A DNA stretch of 64,000 bases from Acidobacteriota bacterium (GCA_965263035.1 OZ253580.1:768001-832000); one strand, 5' to 3'; positions 48,003-58,491 are shown, counted from the stretch's first letter. Program-made: numbers and translations. Notes: generated by a model not told the origin, from the letters alone.

Positions 48003-49115
48003 TTAAGGCGGACCGGCGCCGAAACAGTAGAGCAGCCCGTCCTGGGACCCGACGATGACCCGGCCGGCGGCCACCGCCGGCGAGGCGGAGATCCTTCCGC
48101 CCGTTCGAAACTCCCAGAGCTGCTTCCCCGTGTCGAGATCCAGCGAGTAGAGCCGGCCGTCAAAGGAGCCGATCCAGACCCGTCCATCGGCAATGGCCGG
48201 AGAGGAATCCACTCGAGCCCGGGTCGCATGGGTCCACAACGCCTTTCCCGTGGAAGCATCCAGGCAATGAACCTGCTTGTCCCGCCCCCCCAACACCACT
48301 TTCCCGGCGAGCTGGGCCGCAGACGAGTAGAACGGAGCAGCGCGTTCCGGGGACTGGTAGCGCCAGAGAACGGAGCCTGACTTCAGCCCCACGGCCAGAA
48401 CCTGGTTGTCGAAGGTGCCGAAGACGGCCCGGTCCCCTTCCAGGGACGGGGAGGCCCCGGTGTAGGCGCCCACATCCACGGTGACCACCTGCTCTCCGTC
48501 GGAGACCCGGATCCCGCGCAACATGCCGTCGCACCCTGAAACATAGGCGATCCCGCCGCGAACCCCGGGGGTGCAGTGGACCGGTCCGTCCGTCTCCTGC
48601 TTCCAGCGAACGTCTCCCCCAGCGGCGGAGAGGCAATAGAGGTACCCGTCGTAGGAACCCACGAGCACCGAGTCCTCCACCACAACGGGAGAAGACTTCA
48701 CTTCCCCGTCGGTCTGAAAGGTCCAGCGCTGCGATCCGTCGGCCTCGGACACGGCGTGGACCATTCCAGACAGGTCGGCGAGGTAGACACTGCCGCCGGA
48801 AACGGCAGGCGAGGACTCTCCGATGGCGTCCTTCGCCTCGTACTTCCAGACCAGCGCGCCCGATCCCAGGTCGACGGCCTGCAGTTCCCCTCCCGCCGAA
48901 CCGACGAAGACCCGCCCTCCGCTGACGGCGGCCGAAGACTCGATGGGATCGCCCGCGTCATGAGTCCAGGCGAGTTCCGGAGACGACGGCAACCGGGAAC
49001 TGGAAACTCCAGTCAGGGATGGGTTCCCCCGGAACTGGGGCCACTCCCCGGCGTCCCGCCCGGCCGCGTTTGCAACCTGAAGGACCAAAGCCAACAACCA
49101 GACCGTTTCTCGCAA
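48003..49115 (-). CDS. PQQ-binding-like beta-propeller repeat protein (BamB-like), secreted
   Basis: Signal peptide, WPQFRGNP, repeated SSP..GS.DG.LY..D..TG...W blades. Start codon TTG is uncertain. Confidence 0.85.
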   Translation of the reverse strand: MRETVWLLALVLQVANAAGRDAGEWPQFRGNPSLTGVSSSRLPSSPELAWTHDAGDPIESSAAVSGGRVFVGSAGGELQAVDLGSGALVWKYEAKDAIGESSPAVSGGSVYLADLSGMVHAVSEADGSQRWTFQTDGEVKSSPVVVEDSVLVGSYDGYLYCLSAAGGDVRWKQETDGPVHCTPGVRGGIAYVSGCDGMLRGIRVSDGEQVVTVDVGAYTGASPSLEGDRAVFGTFDNQVLAVGLKSGSVLWRYQSPERAAPFYSSAAQLAGKVVLGGRDKQVHCLDASTGKALWTHATRARVDSSPAIADGRVWIGSFDGRLYSLDLDTGKQLWEFRTGGRISASPAVAAGRVIVGSQDGLLYCFGAGPP

Positions 49116-49349
49116 GCCCGACTCCTCCTGCCGGAAAGTCTACTACGGGAGGGCGAGGAAATGAGGAAATGAGGAAAGAGTGGGGACGATATTTCCCGCC
49201 GGGTGCTGGCCGAGAAGCCGCAGCAGGATCAGGGTCCCGAGTGAAACTGATCTCTTGGACTCGACATCCCCTTTCCGGGTTTCTTCCGTCTACGCGAATG
49301 CCTCCTCTTCTCTATTTCCTTTTTTCTCTTTACTCTTTCCTACGACTAC

Positions 49350-52300
49350 ATGTCTTCGAACCAGATTCAGGAGGTCACCCGATACGAGTCGGTCCCGGCA
49401 GCGGTGGAACGGTGGATCGATTCCCTGGACTGCCCCGGCGAGATTCTGATTCTGGGTTCGACCCGCGCGGCCGCGGACGAATTGGCGCGGGCGCTCTCCC
49501 TGAAGTCGCACGGGCGGGTGGGGCTCCATCGGTGGACACCGGCTCAACTGGCGGCGGCTCTGGCGACCCCGGAGTTGGCGAACGCGGGTCTGGCTCCCCT
49601 CAGCCGTCTGGGACTGGAGGCCCTGGCCGCTCGGGCGGGTTACCGGAGCCGGGAAGCAGACACGCCGGGCTATTTTGCTCCCGTCTCCGGAATGCCCGGC
49701 TTCTCCCGCTCTCTGGCGTCCACGCTGCTGGACCTTCGCCTGTCTCATGCCGACGGTGACGAGTTGGCGCAATGCGGCGGGGGCGGACCCGACCTGGCCC
49801 TCCTGCTGGAGCTGTACACCCGGGAGCTTCAGGCGCATTCCCTGGCCGATCGGGCCACGTTGCTGGCGCTGGCCGCCACGGCTCTGGAGGGGGACTCCCC
49901 CTGGTCCGGCCTTCCCCTGGTGCTGTTGGACGTCCCTCCCCGCTCCCGGTCCGAGCTGCGCTTCTACAGGTCCCTCATCGACGGATCTCCCGCGACCCTG
50001 GGCCTGGTTCTCTCCGGTGACGAACCGGGTGCGCAGGCCTTCCGTACGCTTCTGGGAATCGCAACTCCAGCGGCGGCCCGGAGCGAGGAAGGGGGTGCCG
50101 GCGCCACTCTGAGCCGAATCCGGACCAGCCTCTTCGCTGCCGGCGACGTTGCCGGCGGCCCCATGGATTCCAGCTTTCGACTCTTTTCGGCCCTGGGTGA
50201 GGGGCACGAGTGCGTGGAGATCGCCCGTTCCCTCCTGGAGGAGGCCAAGCGGGGAACCCCCTTCGACCAGATGGCGGTCCTGTTGCGCAATCCGGAGACC
50301 TACCAACCCCAGATGGAGGAGGCGTTGGCCCGGGCAGGCATCCCCGGGTACTTCAGCCGCGGCATCTCCCGTCCCGACCCGGCCGGCCGGGCTCTTCTGA
50401 CCCTCTTGGAGTGCGCCGAGGAGGGCCTCACCGCCAGCCGATTCGCCGAGTACCTCTCGCTGGGTCAGGTCCCGAGGGACCAAGCCTCCCCGGAACGACT
50501 CGAGCAGGAACCTCCCTGGGCCGGTCCGGGCGAGGACCTGGAAATGCGCTTCAAGAGTGGCGGCGACGTGCCGACGGCGGAGGACGGCGATTCGGATCCG
50601 GAGGACGACCGCTCTCCGGTCATCGCCGGAACCCTCAGGACTCCGGCGCACTGGGAGCGGCTTCTGGTGGATGCCGCCGTCATCGGCGGGAGGGACCGAT
50701 GGGAAAACCGGCTCGCCGGTCTGGAATCGGATCTCATATCGAAGCAGAGACGAAGGGAGGCGGAGGGAAACGAAGCTGCCGGACAAGCGCTCCGGAGCCG
50801 GTTGGACCGGCTCCGGAACCTCAGGGATTTCGCCCTGCCCGTCATCGAGTTTCTGGGAGACTTTCCTCACCAGCAGAACTGGCGAGCCTGGTTGGAGCGA
50901 CTCCGGCGGCTGTCCGCTCTGACCCTTCACCGGCCGGAGACGGTGCTGTCGCTCCTGGCCGAACTGGAGCCCATGGGGCAAGTGGGACCCGTGACTCTCA
51001 CCGAGGTGAGGGAGGTCCTGAGTCAACGCCTCGGCGTCCTGAGAAGGGACCCCCCGGAAAGACCCTACGGCCGGGTCTTCGTCGGGACGCCGCGGGAGGC
51101 GTGTGGCCGGTCCTTTCAGGTGGTCTATCTGCCCGGACTCTCGGAGGGGATCTTCCCCCGCAAGGCATACGAGGACCCGCTGCTCCTGGACCCCCGGCGC
51201 CGGCGGGTCTCGACCCACCTTCCTCTGCTGGCGGACAAGATCCAGGAGGAGCGCCGGCTGCTGCGCATCGCGCTGGCGGCGGCCTCTCGGCGTCTCGTCG
51301 CCTCCTACCCCCGCATGGATCTGGTGCGGGGACGGTCCCGCGTCCCCTCCCTCTACGCCCTGGAACTCATGCGTGGGGCCCTGGGACAGTTGCCTGACGT
51401 CCAGGAGCTGGAGCGGAAGAGCGCCGCGGCCTCCAGCACCCGGCTGGGTTGGACGGCGCCCCGAGATCCGGCGCGGGCCATCGACGACGCCGAGTACGAT
51501 CTGGCCACGTTGGGGCCCGTCCTGCAGGCGCCGAAATCGCAGGACACGGGCCAGGGGCGGTACCTGCTTCTGGTCAATCCGTGGCTGGCGCGCTCGCTGC
51601 GGGCACGCTACAAGCGCTGGCGGCCCTCCTGGTCGGACGACGACGGGATCCTGGCCCGGTCCGATCCCGCGACCCGCCGGATCCTGCACAAGCACCGCCT
51701 CCGCAACCGCAGCTATTCCGCCACGGCTCTGGAACAATACGCGTCCTGTCCTTACCGCTTCTTCCTTCATTCCATCCAGAGGCTGCGGCCCAGAGAGGAA
51801 TCCCTGGCGCTGGAGCGCCTGGATCCCCTGACCCGGGGCTCCCTCTTCCATGAAGTGCAGTCAAGGCTCTTTCGCCGTCTCCGGGAAGAGGACCTGCTTC
51901 CCATGAACTCGGGGCGGCTGGAGCCGATCCTGAGCCGGGCGGACCAGGTGCTGGACCAGGTCGCCGGGAGTTTTCGGGAGCGGCTGGCTCCCGCTCTCCC
52001 TCCGGTGTGGGAGTCGGAGGTCGAAGACCTGCGGGTCGACCTTCGGACCTGGATCCGCAGCGCCAGCCAGGATCCGGACGGATGGGTGCCAATCCACTTC
52101 GACTACGCCTTCGGCCTCGCCGCCGGGGAGGATCGGGACCCCGAAAGCACTTCCGAAGAGGCCGTCATCCTGGACGGAATGCGGCTCCGGGGGATCATCG
52201 ATCTGGTGGAGGTGCATCCCTTGCACCGCGTCCTCCGGATCACCGACCACAAGACCGGAATGGCCAAGGATCCCGTGCCCCAATCCGTGGGACGCGGGGA

Positions 52301-52628
52301 AACGCTCCAGCCTCTTCTCTACTCCCTGGCCTTGCAGGAACTACGCGGTCTCCGGGTCGTGGGGGGCCGCCTCGACTACTGCACCCAGAGGGGAAACTTC
52401 CAGGTCCAGCGGATCCGCCTCGACCGGGAGGGCCGGCATCGGATCGGAGAGGTCCTCGAGACCATCGACCGGGCCGTGGGCGAGGGCTTCCTTCCGGCCG
52501 CACCTCGCGAGCAGAGTTGCGCCTCCTGCGATTACCGGGCCGTCTGTGGTCCGTATGAAGAACTTCGGACCGGTCTGAAGGAAAGCCGGCCCTTGGAGCC
52601 ACTCCGTCAGCTCCGGAATCTCCCCTGA
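49350..52628 (+). CDS. addB: AddB-like subunit: inactive helicase scaffold plus PD-(D/E)XK nuclease with Fe-S cysteines
   Basis: YSATALEQYASCPYRFF, RGSLFH, LRGIIDLVE..ITDHKTG, CASCDYRAVC (1+3 Cys pattern); directly upstream of the UvrD-type gene. Confidence 0.78.
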   Translation: MSSNQIQEVTRYESVPAAVERWIDSLDCPGEILILGSTRAAADELARALSLKSHGRVGLHRWTPAQLAAALATPELANAGLAPLSRLGLEALAARAGYRSREADTPGYFAPVSGMPGFSRSLASTLLDLRLSHADGDELAQCGGGGPDLALLLELYTRELQAHSLADRATLLALAATALEGDSPWSGLPLVLLDVPPRSRSELRFYRSLIDGSPATLGLVLSGDEPGAQAFRTLLGIATPAAARSEEGGAGATLSRIRTSLFAAGDVAGGPMDSSFRLFSALGEGHECVEIARSLLEEAKRGTPFDQMAVLLRNPETYQPQMEEALARAGIPGYFSRGISRPDPAGRALLTLLECAEEGLTASRFAEYLSLGQVPRDQASPERLEQEPPWAGPGEDLEMRFKSGGDVPTAEDGDSDPEDDRSPVIAGTLRTPAHWERLLVDAAVIGGRDRWENRLAGLESDLISKQRRREAEGNEAAGQALRSRLDRLRNLRDFALPVIEFLGDFPHQQNWRAWLERLRRLSALTLHRPETVLSLLAELEPMGQVGPVTLTEVREVLSQRLGVLRRDPPERPYGRVFVGTPREACGRSFQVVYLPGLSEGIFPRKAYEDPLLLDPRRRRVSTHLPLLADKIQEERRLLRIALAAASRRLVASYPRMDLVRGRSRVPSLYALELMRGALGQLPDVQELERKSAAASSTRLGWTAPRDPARAIDDAEYDLATLGPVLQAPKSQDTGQGRYLLLVNPWLARSLRARYKRWRPSWSDDDGILARSDPATRRILHKHRLRNRSYSATALEQYASCPYRFFLHSIQRLRPREESLALERLDPLTRGSLFHEVQSRLFRRLREEDLLPMNSGRLEPILSRADQVLDQVAGSFRERLAPALPPVWESEVEDLRVDLRTWIRSASQDPDGWVPIHFDYAFGLAAGEDRDPESTSEEAVILDGMRLRGIIDLVEVHPLHRVLRITDHKTGMAKDPVPQSVGRGETLQPLLYSLALQELRGLRVVGGRLDYCTQRGNFQVQRIRLDREGRHRIGEVLETIDRAVGEGFLPAAPREQSCASCDYRAVCGPYEELRTGLKESRPLEPLRQLRNLP

Positions 52629-52636
52629 GTGACCCC

Positions 52637-55600
52637 ATGAACGATTCCTTGAAGTTCGGTCCCCAGGCTCCCTCTCCTTCCGATTCCGCCGGGCGGATGG
52701 CCATCCGAAACTCCCTGGACGTCAGCCTTCTGGTGGAGGCGGCGGCGGGCACGGGCAAGACCAGCGAGCTGGTCCGGCGCCTGGTGGCCGTCCTGGCCGG
52801 CGGCCGCGCACGCGTCGACCGGGTCGCCGCCGTCACCTTCACCCGCAAGGCGGCCGGCGAACTGAAGCTGCGTCTGCGGGACGCTCTGGACCGAGCTCGG
52901 CGGAAGGCCTCGGATCCGATGGAGATCCGGAATCTGGAGCGGGCGGTGGCGGGGCTGGAGGAGGCCAGCATCGCCACCATCCACTCCTTCTGCGCGGACC
53001 TGCTCCGAAAGCGGCCGGTGGAGGCCGGCGTCGACCCCGATTTCCGGGAACTCTCGGAGGATGAGGCGTCCCGCCTCTTCCGGAGGGCCTTTCGGCAGTG
53101 GATGGAAACACGGCTGGCCCACCCGGCGCCGGGTCTGGCCCGGGCCCTCCAGCGGTCCCTGGTCCCGCAGGGAGCCGACTTCGGCTCGCCTCTGGATCGG
53201 CTCCGCTCGGCCGCCCGGAAACTCATGGAATGGCGCGACTACGGGAGTTCCTGGAGACGAGAGGGCTTCGACCGGGAAACGCTCTTGGACGCCTTGGCCA
53301 GCCGGATCCGGGAGTTGGCGGACACCAGTGACCGGGCGGCCAACCGGCAGGACAGGCTTCGGCAGGAACTGGGTCCGGTCCGGGACCTGGACGCCTGGGT
53401 CCGGCGCTTCGAGCGGGAACGGCCCCGCGACTACGATCGCCTGGAGGGCCGGGTGCTCCGTCTGCTGCGCCGGCTGAGGTCCCCCTTCTTCCGGCCGAGC
53501 CGGACTGGAGAATATGCTCCGGGACTGCCCCGGGTGGTGGTGGTCCGGGCGCGGGAGGATCTGCTTCGGGAACTGGAGGATTTCATACGGCGCGCCGACG
53601 CCGACCTGGCGTCCCTGCTCCGGGAGGAACTGCTGGAGGTGGCCCCGTTCTATGAGGAGCTCAAGGAACAGTTGAGCCGACTCGACTTCATGGACCTGCT
53701 GATCAAGACTCGCGACCTGATCCGGGACAGACCGTCCGTCCGGCGGGATTTCCAGGAACACTTCAGCCACATCTTCGTCGACGAGTTCCAGGACACGGAC
53801 GCGCTGCAAGCGGAGATCCTGCTGCTGCTGTCGGCGGACGACCCCGAGGAGACGGACTGGCGCAGGGTCCGGCCCGTTCCCGGAAAGCTCTTTCTGGTGG
53901 GAGACCCCAAGCAGTCGATCTATCGGTTCCGCCGCGCCGACGTGGTCCTGTACCAGGAGATCAAGGAGATCCTCGAGGCCGCCGGGGTGAGAGTGGTCCA
54001 CCTGAAGCGAAACTTCCGCTCCGTGCGGCCGCTGCAACTGGCCGTCAACGCGGCCTTCGCGCCGGAGATGAAGGCCGACCCCGTCAGCGGACAACCGGAC
54101 TACGTTCCGCTCGAGAGCCACCGAACGGCCGAACGGGACCAGCCGGCGCTCATCGCCCTCCCGGTGCCGGAGCCCTACAGCAAATGGGGAAATCTGGCCA
54201 ACGCCGCCATCGAGGAGAGCCTCCCCCAGACCGTCGCCGCCTTTACGAACTGGCTGTTGCGTGAAAGCGGCTGGCAGGTGGGCGACCCGGAGGACCCGAC
54301 CCGGCGCGTCCCCATATCCCCCGGTCACGTCTGCATCCTGTTCCGGCGCTTCGTCAGCTGGAGGCGGGACGTCACGCGTGAATACGCCAGGGGGCTCGAG
54401 ATCCGGGGGGTTCCCCACGTCCTGATGGGCTCCCGATCCTTCCATCAGCGGGAAGAGGTCGAGACCCTGCGGGTGGCCCTGAGCGCCATCGAGCGGCCGG
54501 ACGACGAACTCTCGGTCTACGCGACGCTCCGCGGCTCCCTCTTCTGGATCCGGGACTCCCTGTTGCTGCGGTTCAGGGATCGATACGGTTCACTCCATCC
54601 GTTCCGTCCTCGTCCCGAGGATCTGCACGACGACCTGGAGCCGGTGGCCAAGGCGCTGGAGATCCTGGCCCGTCTGCATCGACGGCGCAACCGGCGCCCC
54701 GTCGCCGAAACCCTTTCCCGGCTCCTGGCTCAGACTCGAGCTCATGCGGGATTCGCACTGCGCCCCGCCGGACGACAGGTACTGGCCAACGTGCAACGGG
54801 TCTGTGATCTGGCCCGGGCTTTCGAAACGGGCGGAGGAGGCTCGTTCCGGGGCTTCGTGGAGCATCTGGAGAGACTGGCCCGGCGGCGGACCGGAGCCGG
54901 GGCACAGGTGTCGGAAGAAGGGGTCGACGGGGTCCATCTGATGACCGTCCACAACGCGAAGGGGTTGGAGTTTCCCGTGGTGATCCTGGCCGACATGACG
55001 GCCCGCCTCTCCTCCTTCCGTCCCGACAAATTCGTCGATTCGGGCCGAAACCTGGCGGCCTTCAGCCTCATGGGGTGCATCCCCTGGGAGCTGTTGGACC
55101 ATCAGGACGTGGAGGCGGCACGGGACCGCGCGGAGGGGGTCCGACTCGCCTATGTCGCGGCGACGCGAGCCCGGGATCTGCTGGTGGTCCCCGGTCTGGG
55201 GACCGGCCCCAGGCCGAGATCGAGGTCCGAATGGTTGTCTCCGCTGGAGAAGGCCATCTACCCGGCCCGGGCGGACTGGGCCCAGGGTGGACCGGCTCCC
55301 GGATGCCCCACCTTCGGGCAGAGAAGCCTGCTCCAGAACCCCAAGGGCCGAATCCAGCCCTGCATCCGCCCCGGCCTCTACCGCCCGCAGACGGGGGATC
55401 ATCCCCTGGTCTGGTGGGACCCCGAGTTGCTGGACCTGACGGTTCGTCCGAATTTTGGCCTCCAACGGGAACGGATCCTGGCCGACGACGAGCGGGGCCG
55501 GGCCGGACAAGAGGGCCTCGCCCGCTACCGGCAGTGGCGGGAAGGACGACGGCTGGCGCTGCAGTCCGGGTCCCGGCCAACTCTGCAGGTGTTGACGGTC

Positions 55601-56110
55601 ACCGGGGAGCCGTCGCCGGGAGATCCTCCCGAATGCCCTTCCGTGGGGTTGGAGACTCATCCGATTCCCGATTCCCGGCCCACGGGACCCAGGTTCGGGA
55701 CCCTGGTCCACACCCTGTTGCGGGATGTCCGCCTGGACGCCGGCGAGCCGGAGATCCGGAGGCTCGCCCGGCTCCATGGAAGGGTTCTGGGGGTGACCAA
55801 CCCCGAGCGCCGGTTCGCCATTAAGGCCGTGCGCTCCGCCTTGGACCACTCGTTGCTGGAACGGGCGCGGGACGCCCAGAGGCGCCATCGTGAGCTCCCT
55901 TTCCTGCTCACGGTCGAGGAGGGCAAACTGCTCGAGGGAACCATCGATCTGGCCTTCCAGGAGGAGGATCGCTGGATCGTGGTGGACTTCAAGACCGATG
56001 TGCACCTCAAACCGGACGATCCCGGCTACCGGCGCCAAGTGCGGTGGTATGTCTACGGACTGACGCAGATCACTGGACAGCCGGCTGAAGGATGGTTGCT
56101 GGGGATCTGA
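52637..56110 (+). CDS. addA: AddA-like UvrD/SF1 helicase plus C-terminal nuclease
   Basis: AAAGTGKT, TFTRKAAGELK, TIHSFC, VDEFQDT, GDPKQSIYRFR, NFRS, MTVHNAKGLEFP, YVAATRA, EGTIDL..VDFKT. Confidence 0.85.
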   Translation: MNDSLKFGPQAPSPSDSAGRMAIRNSLDVSLLVEAAAGTGKTSELVRRLVAVLAGGRARVDRVAAVTFTRKAAGELKLRLRDALDRARRKASDPMEIRNLERAVAGLEEASIATIHSFCADLLRKRPVEAGVDPDFRELSEDEASRLFRRAFRQWMETRLAHPAPGLARALQRSLVPQGADFGSPLDRLRSAARKLMEWRDYGSSWRREGFDRETLLDALASRIRELADTSDRAANRQDRLRQELGPVRDLDAWVRRFERERPRDYDRLEGRVLRLLRRLRSPFFRPSRTGEYAPGLPRVVVVRAREDLLRELEDFIRRADADLASLLREELLEVAPFYEELKEQLSRLDFMDLLIKTRDLIRDRPSVRRDFQEHFSHIFVDEFQDTDALQAEILLLLSADDPEETDWRRVRPVPGKLFLVGDPKQSIYRFRRADVVLYQEIKEILEAAGVRVVHLKRNFRSVRPLQLAVNAAFAPEMKADPVSGQPDYVPLESHRTAERDQPALIALPVPEPYSKWGNLANAAIEESLPQTVAAFTNWLLRESGWQVGDPEDPTRRVPISPGHVCILFRRFVSWRRDVTREYARGLEIRGVPHVLMGSRSFHQREEVETLRVALSAIERPDDELSVYATLRGSLFWIRDSLLLRFRDRYGSLHPFRPRPEDLHDDLEPVAKALEILARLHRRRNRRPVAETLSRLLAQTRAHAGFALRPAGRQVLANVQRVCDLARAFETGGGGSFRGFVEHLERLARRRTGAGAQVSEEGVDGVHLMTVHNAKGLEFPVVILADMTARLSSFRPDKFVDSGRNLAAFSLMGCIPWELLDHQDVEAARDRAEGVRLAYVAATRARDLLVVPGLGTGPRPRSRSEWLSPLEKAIYPARADWAQGGPAPGCPTFGQRSLLQNPKGRIQPCIRPGLYRPQTGDHPLVWWDPELLDLTVRPNFGLQRERILADDERGRAGQEGLARYRQWREGRRLALQSGSRPTLQVLTVTGEPSPGDPPECPSVGLETHPIPDSRPTGPRFGTLVHTLLRDVRLDAGEPEIRRLARLHGRVLGVTNPERRFAIKAVRSALDHSLLERARDAQRRHRELPFLLTVEEGKLLEGTIDLAFQEEDRWIVVDFKTDVHLKPDDPGYRRQVRWYVYGLTQITGQPAEGWLLGI

Positions 56111-56137
56111 GAGAAATTATGGTAGTATTGCATCAGT

Positions 56138-56419
56138 ATGGTCAAGGTCACTTACTCTCTCAACGAGGCGACGGTGCGGCAGATCCGTCGGATGGCGGAC
56201 CTTCTTGGCATGGCGCAGAGCCATGTCGTTCGGGAAGCAGTCGCCGACTACGCCGCGCGGAAGGATCGGCTCAGCGAACGGGAAAGGCTTCGTCTGCTGG
56301 CGGTGCTCGACCGCCTACACGACGCACCGGTGACCCGCTCCGAGCAGAGCGTCGACGCCGAGATCGGCGCGGTGCGGGCCGCGCGACGCCACGGCGGACG
56401 ACCCGGGCAAACGCCGTGA
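56138..56419 (+). CDS. vapB: Ribbon-helix-helix (CopG-like) antitoxin
   Basis: MVKVTYSLNEAT..LGMAQSHVVREAV; GTGA-coupled to a PIN gene. Confidence 0.72.
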   Translation: MVKVTYSLNEATVRQIRRMADLLGMAQSHVVREAVADYAARKDRLSERERLRLLAVLDRLHDAPVTRSEQSVDAEIGAVRAARRHGGRPGQTP

Positions 56420-56790
56420 CGATTCATCTCGATACGTCGGCGCTCATCGATGCGCTCACAGGCCCTCGCCGTTCGCTGGAACGGCTGTCGGCATTCGTGG
56501 CGGAAGGCCACCGGGTGATCCTGTCGACGATCGTGCTGTATGAATGGCTGCGCGGGCCCCGCACGACAGCAGAGTTGCAGGTGCAGGAGGAAATGTTTCC
56601 GCGCCGCGCAGCAGTCCCGTTCGATGCCGAAGCTGCCGCCCAAGCCGCGATGCTTTACCGGCAGACGCCTCGCCCTCGGGGGCGCGAGGTCGATCTCGCC
56701 GTGGCGGCCTGCGCACTGGCGCAGGGTGCTGCCCTCTGGACGCTGAACTACGACGACTTCAGCGATCTGCCCGGTTTCGAGTTGATGTAG
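56416..56790 (+). CDS. vapC: PIN-domain VapC toxin
   Basis: IHLDTSALID, STIVLYEW, DLAVAACA, LWTLNYDDF. Confidence 0.88.
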   Translation: MTIHLDTSALIDALTGPRRSLERLSAFVAEGHRVILSTIVLYEWLRGPRTTAELQVQEEMFPRRAAVPFDAEAAAQAAMLYRQTPRPRGREVDLAVAACALAQGAALWTLNYDDFSDLPGFELM

Positions 56791-57069
56791 GAACCGGAAC
56801 CGGCTCCCACGCCGCAAAGCCGGTCCTCAGACCCGAGAAGCCGTTCGCGCTCCCACCCGCTACGAGAGAAAGACCCAAAGGATGGCTCGTTGCGTCTGAT
56901 TCCCTTATTCATAGCTTCAGTACCGAAGGGTGGCTACCCTCCGGCGTGGCCATGACAGTTCGATGGCCATTGATATGATGATTCCCTCCGGTGCGGTTCG
57001 TCAGCGCGAGGATCAATCGCCCGGCTCGCCGCGGAATTCTTCCACGGCGCAGGCGACTAGGGAGATACG

Positions 57070-58491
57070 TTGGCTGGCTCAGATTTCATCGGCGTCACTC
57101 TGCTGCCCGAGTACTTCCAGAGCGAGTCCGTCAACGGTGTGCTCGACAACCTGCAGAGTCGGGCCGCGGCCACGGCGGTGACGACTTCGCCTTACGTGAT
57201 GCAGTTGGCCGACTCGCAATCCGGTTTCCGGGAGCCTCCCGTCGACGCCGGAGCCGGGCAGGTCCGCCTGCTGGATCGGCCTCTCTGGGGAAAGCGGGAG
57301 CTCTGGGTCCGGACGGCTCCGAGCTTTCGCCCCGATCTCCGCCTCTATCACGGTCTGCGCTATCAGCCCCCGCCCGCGAACGGCCTGACCGCCGGGCACG
57401 GCCCCGTGGTCGAGCAGTTCCTCCAGGCCGCCCGGTCCCGGGGATTGAAGGTCTACCTTCAGGTTCAGGCGGCCATCCCTCCGGGTTACCGGGTCCAGTT
57501 CGGGGAACCGGAACTCGAAGACCGTCCCCGCCTGCCCGACGGATGCGTTCCCCGACGCCGTCTCTCGGCCAACGGAAGCCTGGCCAGTCCTCACATCCGG
57601 GAGTACGCCCACGCCCTCATCCGGGACCTCTGCCGGCGATACCCGGACATCGACGGCCTTCGCGTGGACTGGCCCGAATATCCCCCCTACCTCCTGGACT
57701 CCATCTTCCTCGACTTCGGCGAGCCGGCCCGGAGAAAAGCGGGTGCGATGGGATTCGACTTCGAACGGATGCGCCGCGCCGCCGCAGAGCTCTACGCGCG
57801 GCTTCACGGTGGCCTTGACGATTCCACATTGTCCGCGTGTGCCGAAGCCGGGAGTGCCGACGAGGCCCGGCGGCGGCTCCTGCCCGATTCCGCCGGACTG
57901 GCGGAATGGATCCGATTCAAGGCCAAGCTGGTGGAATCGTTGCACGCAGGGTTCCGCAAGACCATGGATGAGGCGGGCGCAGATCACATGGAGCTGTGGT
58001 CCAACGCGTTTCCGCCTCCCTGGAACACGTTCTCGGGAATGGACTACCGCCTGGCCGGCCGGTACAGCTCAGCCATCTCCGTCAAGCTCTATACGATGCA
58101 CTGGCCCATGATGCTCCGGTTCTACGGAGACCAACTGCGGCGGGCCAATCCCGGAGTCTCCGGTTCGTTCCTGGCGAGGGCGCTGGTGCGGCTGTTCGAT
58201 ATCTCCGACGATCCGGGTCCTGCCCGGCTGGAGGATCTCTACTATCCGGCGCCCGAGGAACCGCACCCGGCCGGCGCCGCGGCCCAGCACCGCAAGATCG
58301 TCCAGGCCCAGCTTCAAGCGGGTGGGACGCCCGTCTACGCCCTGGCGCATGGTTACGGGCCGGTTGGGGACTTCCGAAACCGCCTGGAGACCGCCATGGC
58401 GGCGAGCCGGCACGGTTGCTGGATCAACCGGTACGGTTATCTGAGCGACGAGAAGCTCGACATCATCGGGAGGGTCGCAGGCCGCTCCTGA
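57070..58491 (+). CDS. Conserved hypothetical protein, probable TIM-barrel/glycoside-hydrolase-like fold
   Basis: Protein-like ORF with GGAG before TTG; ARSRGLKVY, YPDIDGLRVDWPEYP resembles GHL10-type barrels. Confidence 0.6.
   Translation: MAGSDFIGVTLLPEYFQSESVNGVLDNLQSRAAATAVTTSPYVMQLADSQSGFREPPVDAGAGQVRLLDRPLWGKRELWVRTAPSFRPDLRLYHGLRYQPPPANGLTAGHGPVVEQFLQAARSRGLKVYLQVQAAIPPGYRVQFGEPELEDRPRLPDGCVPRRRLSANGSLASPHIREYAHALIRDLCRRYPDIDGLRVDWPEYPPYLLDSIFLDFGEPARRKAGAMGFDFERMRRAAAELYARLHGGLDDSTLSACAEAGSADEARRRLLPDSAGLAEWIRFKAKLVESLHAGFRKTMDEAGADHMELWSNAFPPPWNTFSGMDYRLAGRYSSAISVKLYTMHWPMMLRFYGDQLRRANPGVSGSFLARALVRLFDISDDPGPARLEDLYYPAPEEPHPAGAAAQHRKIVQAQLQAGGTPVYALAHGYGPVGDFRNRLETAMAASRHGCWINRYGYLSDEKLDIIGRVAGRS

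Noticed and set aside
37850-54445. Long minus-strand ORFs (37850-39646, 39994-42201, 43965-45716, 49290-51851, 52607-54445)
   Set aside because: Each lies opposite a well-supported plus-strand gene and has no recognisable domain.
49350-56110. Novel helicase-nuclease defence system or Cas4-type module
   Set aside because: Gene order, motifs and the Fe-S Cys pattern match ordinary AddAB-type recombination/repair enzymes.
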